Position numbers and translations under genes: made by a program. From assembly GCF_006345805.1 (NCBI RefSeq), contig NC_043010.1, forward strand, positions 47,988,001-48,052,000: a stretch of DNA of 64,000 nucleotides, written 5' to 3'. Of this stretch, positions 62,411-64,000 are shown in pieces. Every line of letters begins with the position of its first letter. Position 1 is the first letter of the stretch. The stretch is from Octopus sinensis (taxonomy: Eukaryota). The notes beneath the pieces are model-generated. The model did no database searches and was not told where the DNA came from. It worked only from the letters and a program-made list of their open reading frames with translations.

Positions 62411-62499
62411 AGTCTGATGGCTGTTTCAGGAAGATATAGGTTGGTATGGGTGAGCTAACTCCAACCATAGCAATTATCTATACTTCTCTCATCAGAGTT
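62411..62499 (-). ncRNA. CpG-decayed type-I hammerhead motif with long stem II, in a Penelope-type repeat (~62030-62900)
   Basis: rc CT-CTGATGA-GAGAAGTATAG...CTATATCTTCCT-GAAA-CAGCCA-TC-AG. CAGCCA could derive from palindromic CGGCCG. Confidence 0.5.
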
Positions 62500-62714
62500 A
62501 AAAGATTCAAATAGTTGTTAAAATATTAAGAGAATGAAAGGTTTGAGAATTTTTAAAAATGAATGCTTTGTTGGACCATACTATTCAAGTGGATGATATA
62601 ATTAGAATTATATATATATATAAATATATATACTACTAATATAGGACAAAATTTTTTTCAGAAAAAAATTTCATCAAAAGTAGCAGCATATTAAAATACC
62701 CTTAAAGGTTAAAA

Positions 62715-62899
62715 TTATAAACAACTTATAAATAAGGGCAAAAGAAAAATTATTTCTATGCCAATATGCTGAGAACAGGCTTTAAATCGTCAATTTCCAC
62801 ATTTCATTATACATTCACTCTAAGTACTTATTGTGAATGTATAATGAAATGTGGAAATTGACGATTTTTCTTTTGCCCTTATTTATAAGTTGTTTATAA
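62715..62899. repeat. near-perfect ~185-bp palindrome with a one-sided 33-bp insert
   Basis: 62715-62750 is the rc of 62864-62899; 62784-62818 is the rc of 62833-62867. Confidence 0.95.
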
Positions 62900-63129
62900 A
62901 TAAATATATATATATACCAAATCAGGAGATTGGAAAAAAATTTTTGGTATAATTTATTCACCATTACATGTGTTTTGTTTGCAAATAGGAGTTACAAAAT
63001 TGCAAACGTAGGAAAAATATGTAAGATATCTCCTATTAGAAATTCTTCAGGGAATCAAACCCTAGCTTTTATACATAATGAATGAATGAGTGTGTATGTG
63101 TATGTATGTATGTATGTGTGTGTGTGTTG

Positions 63130-63575
63130 GCATCCGTTGCTAGTGGAGCGCTAAGTGTACCATACGAGTGAGATTGTTGCCAGAGCAACAAGCTGGCCTT
63201 CGTGCCAATGGCACGTTAAGCACACCATTCAAGTGTGATCGCTACCGCGTTGCCTTACTAGCACTTGTGCTGGTGGCATGTGAAATATTCGGGCGAGGTC
63301 GTCGCCAGTGCCGCTGGACTGGCTCCTGTGCAGGTGGCACATAAAAAGCATCATTTGGGCGTGGCTGTTGCCAGTTCCACCAAACTGGCCCTGGTGCTGT
63401 TGGCACGTAAAAGCACCCACTACACTCTCGGAGTGGTTGGCATTAGGAAGGGCGTCCAGCTGTAGAAACTCTGCCAGATCAGATTGGAGTCTGGTTCGCC
63501 AGACCTCAGTCAAATCGTCCAACCCATGCTAGCATGGAAAGTGGACATTAAATGATGATGATGATGATGATGATA
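63130..63575 (+). mobile_element. SINE family C with internal subrepeats and (GAT)n tail
   Basis: Near-identical to 50725-50980 and the rc of 16340-16730. Confidence 0.85.
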
Positions 63576-64000
63576 TACACACACATCCATTTACATATAT
63601 ATGTATATGTGCATATGTTATGCATGTGTGCATGTATATATCTATGCATGTATGTGTGTATGGTTAATATAACTCATGAGACTAGCTCTAAAATCATGTA
63701 AGGGCTTTATCTTCCATGTCCCCCTTTTTTTAAAATAATTTTTTAATAATTTAATCACTGTTGTCTTTCCCTCTAATGCACCCATTATCTTCTCTTCTTG
63801 CAACGTGTATTTACTTAAAATATATCTTTTTGAACTTGATATTTGATCACCAATGTTGCAAATGACTGCACTTGATTGCAGCACAACTATTGTTCTCGTA
63901 ACACTTCAATAAGACTTGAACTTACTTCACAGATGTCACACTTTCTCTCATTATCTCACTTTTGTTCTTTCTAATTTCTCTCTCTGTATATCAATATTCA

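Noticed and set aside
63130-63420. CRISPR-like repeat-spacer array
   Set aside because: Degenerate tandem subrepeats inside a SINE in eukaryotic DNA; no unique spacers or cas genes.
63642-63884. 80-aa minus-strand ORF as an exon
   Set aside because: No convincing splice sites or recognisable motif, and it runs into a microsatellite.

Overview
AT-rich, intron-containing animal DNA crowded with short repeats. The repeat landscape looks like an octopus (coleoid cephalopod) genome; this is my recognition, not a database result. Two genes assemble confidently with consistent splice phases: PAICS (minus strand, 7 clear coding exons in 9405-17076 plus a probable first exon at 22208-22259) and SFR1/MEI5 (plus strand, 3 exons, 30993-36991, 304 aa), arranged head-to-head. 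A third, unrecognised plus-strand gene has a probable non-coding exon ending at 47193 and an ORF at 54083-54514 encoding a 143-aa acidic protein with three CxxC pairs and a SUMO-interacting-like motif. Fragments of minus-strand genes probably lie at both edges. The rest is mostly mobile DNA: several tRNA-derived/RTE-tailed SINE families, CR1 and RTE LINE fragments, a solo LTR with 4-bp TSD, Helitron-like elements, and piggyBac-, hAT-, mariner- and CAC-ended MITEs. The most notable signal is a set of six minimal type-I hammerhead-ribozyme-like folds of the Penelope type. One sits in a palindromic element with tRNA-like heads, and one has a G3-C8 swapped core. Repeat boundaries are approximate and were set by eye.
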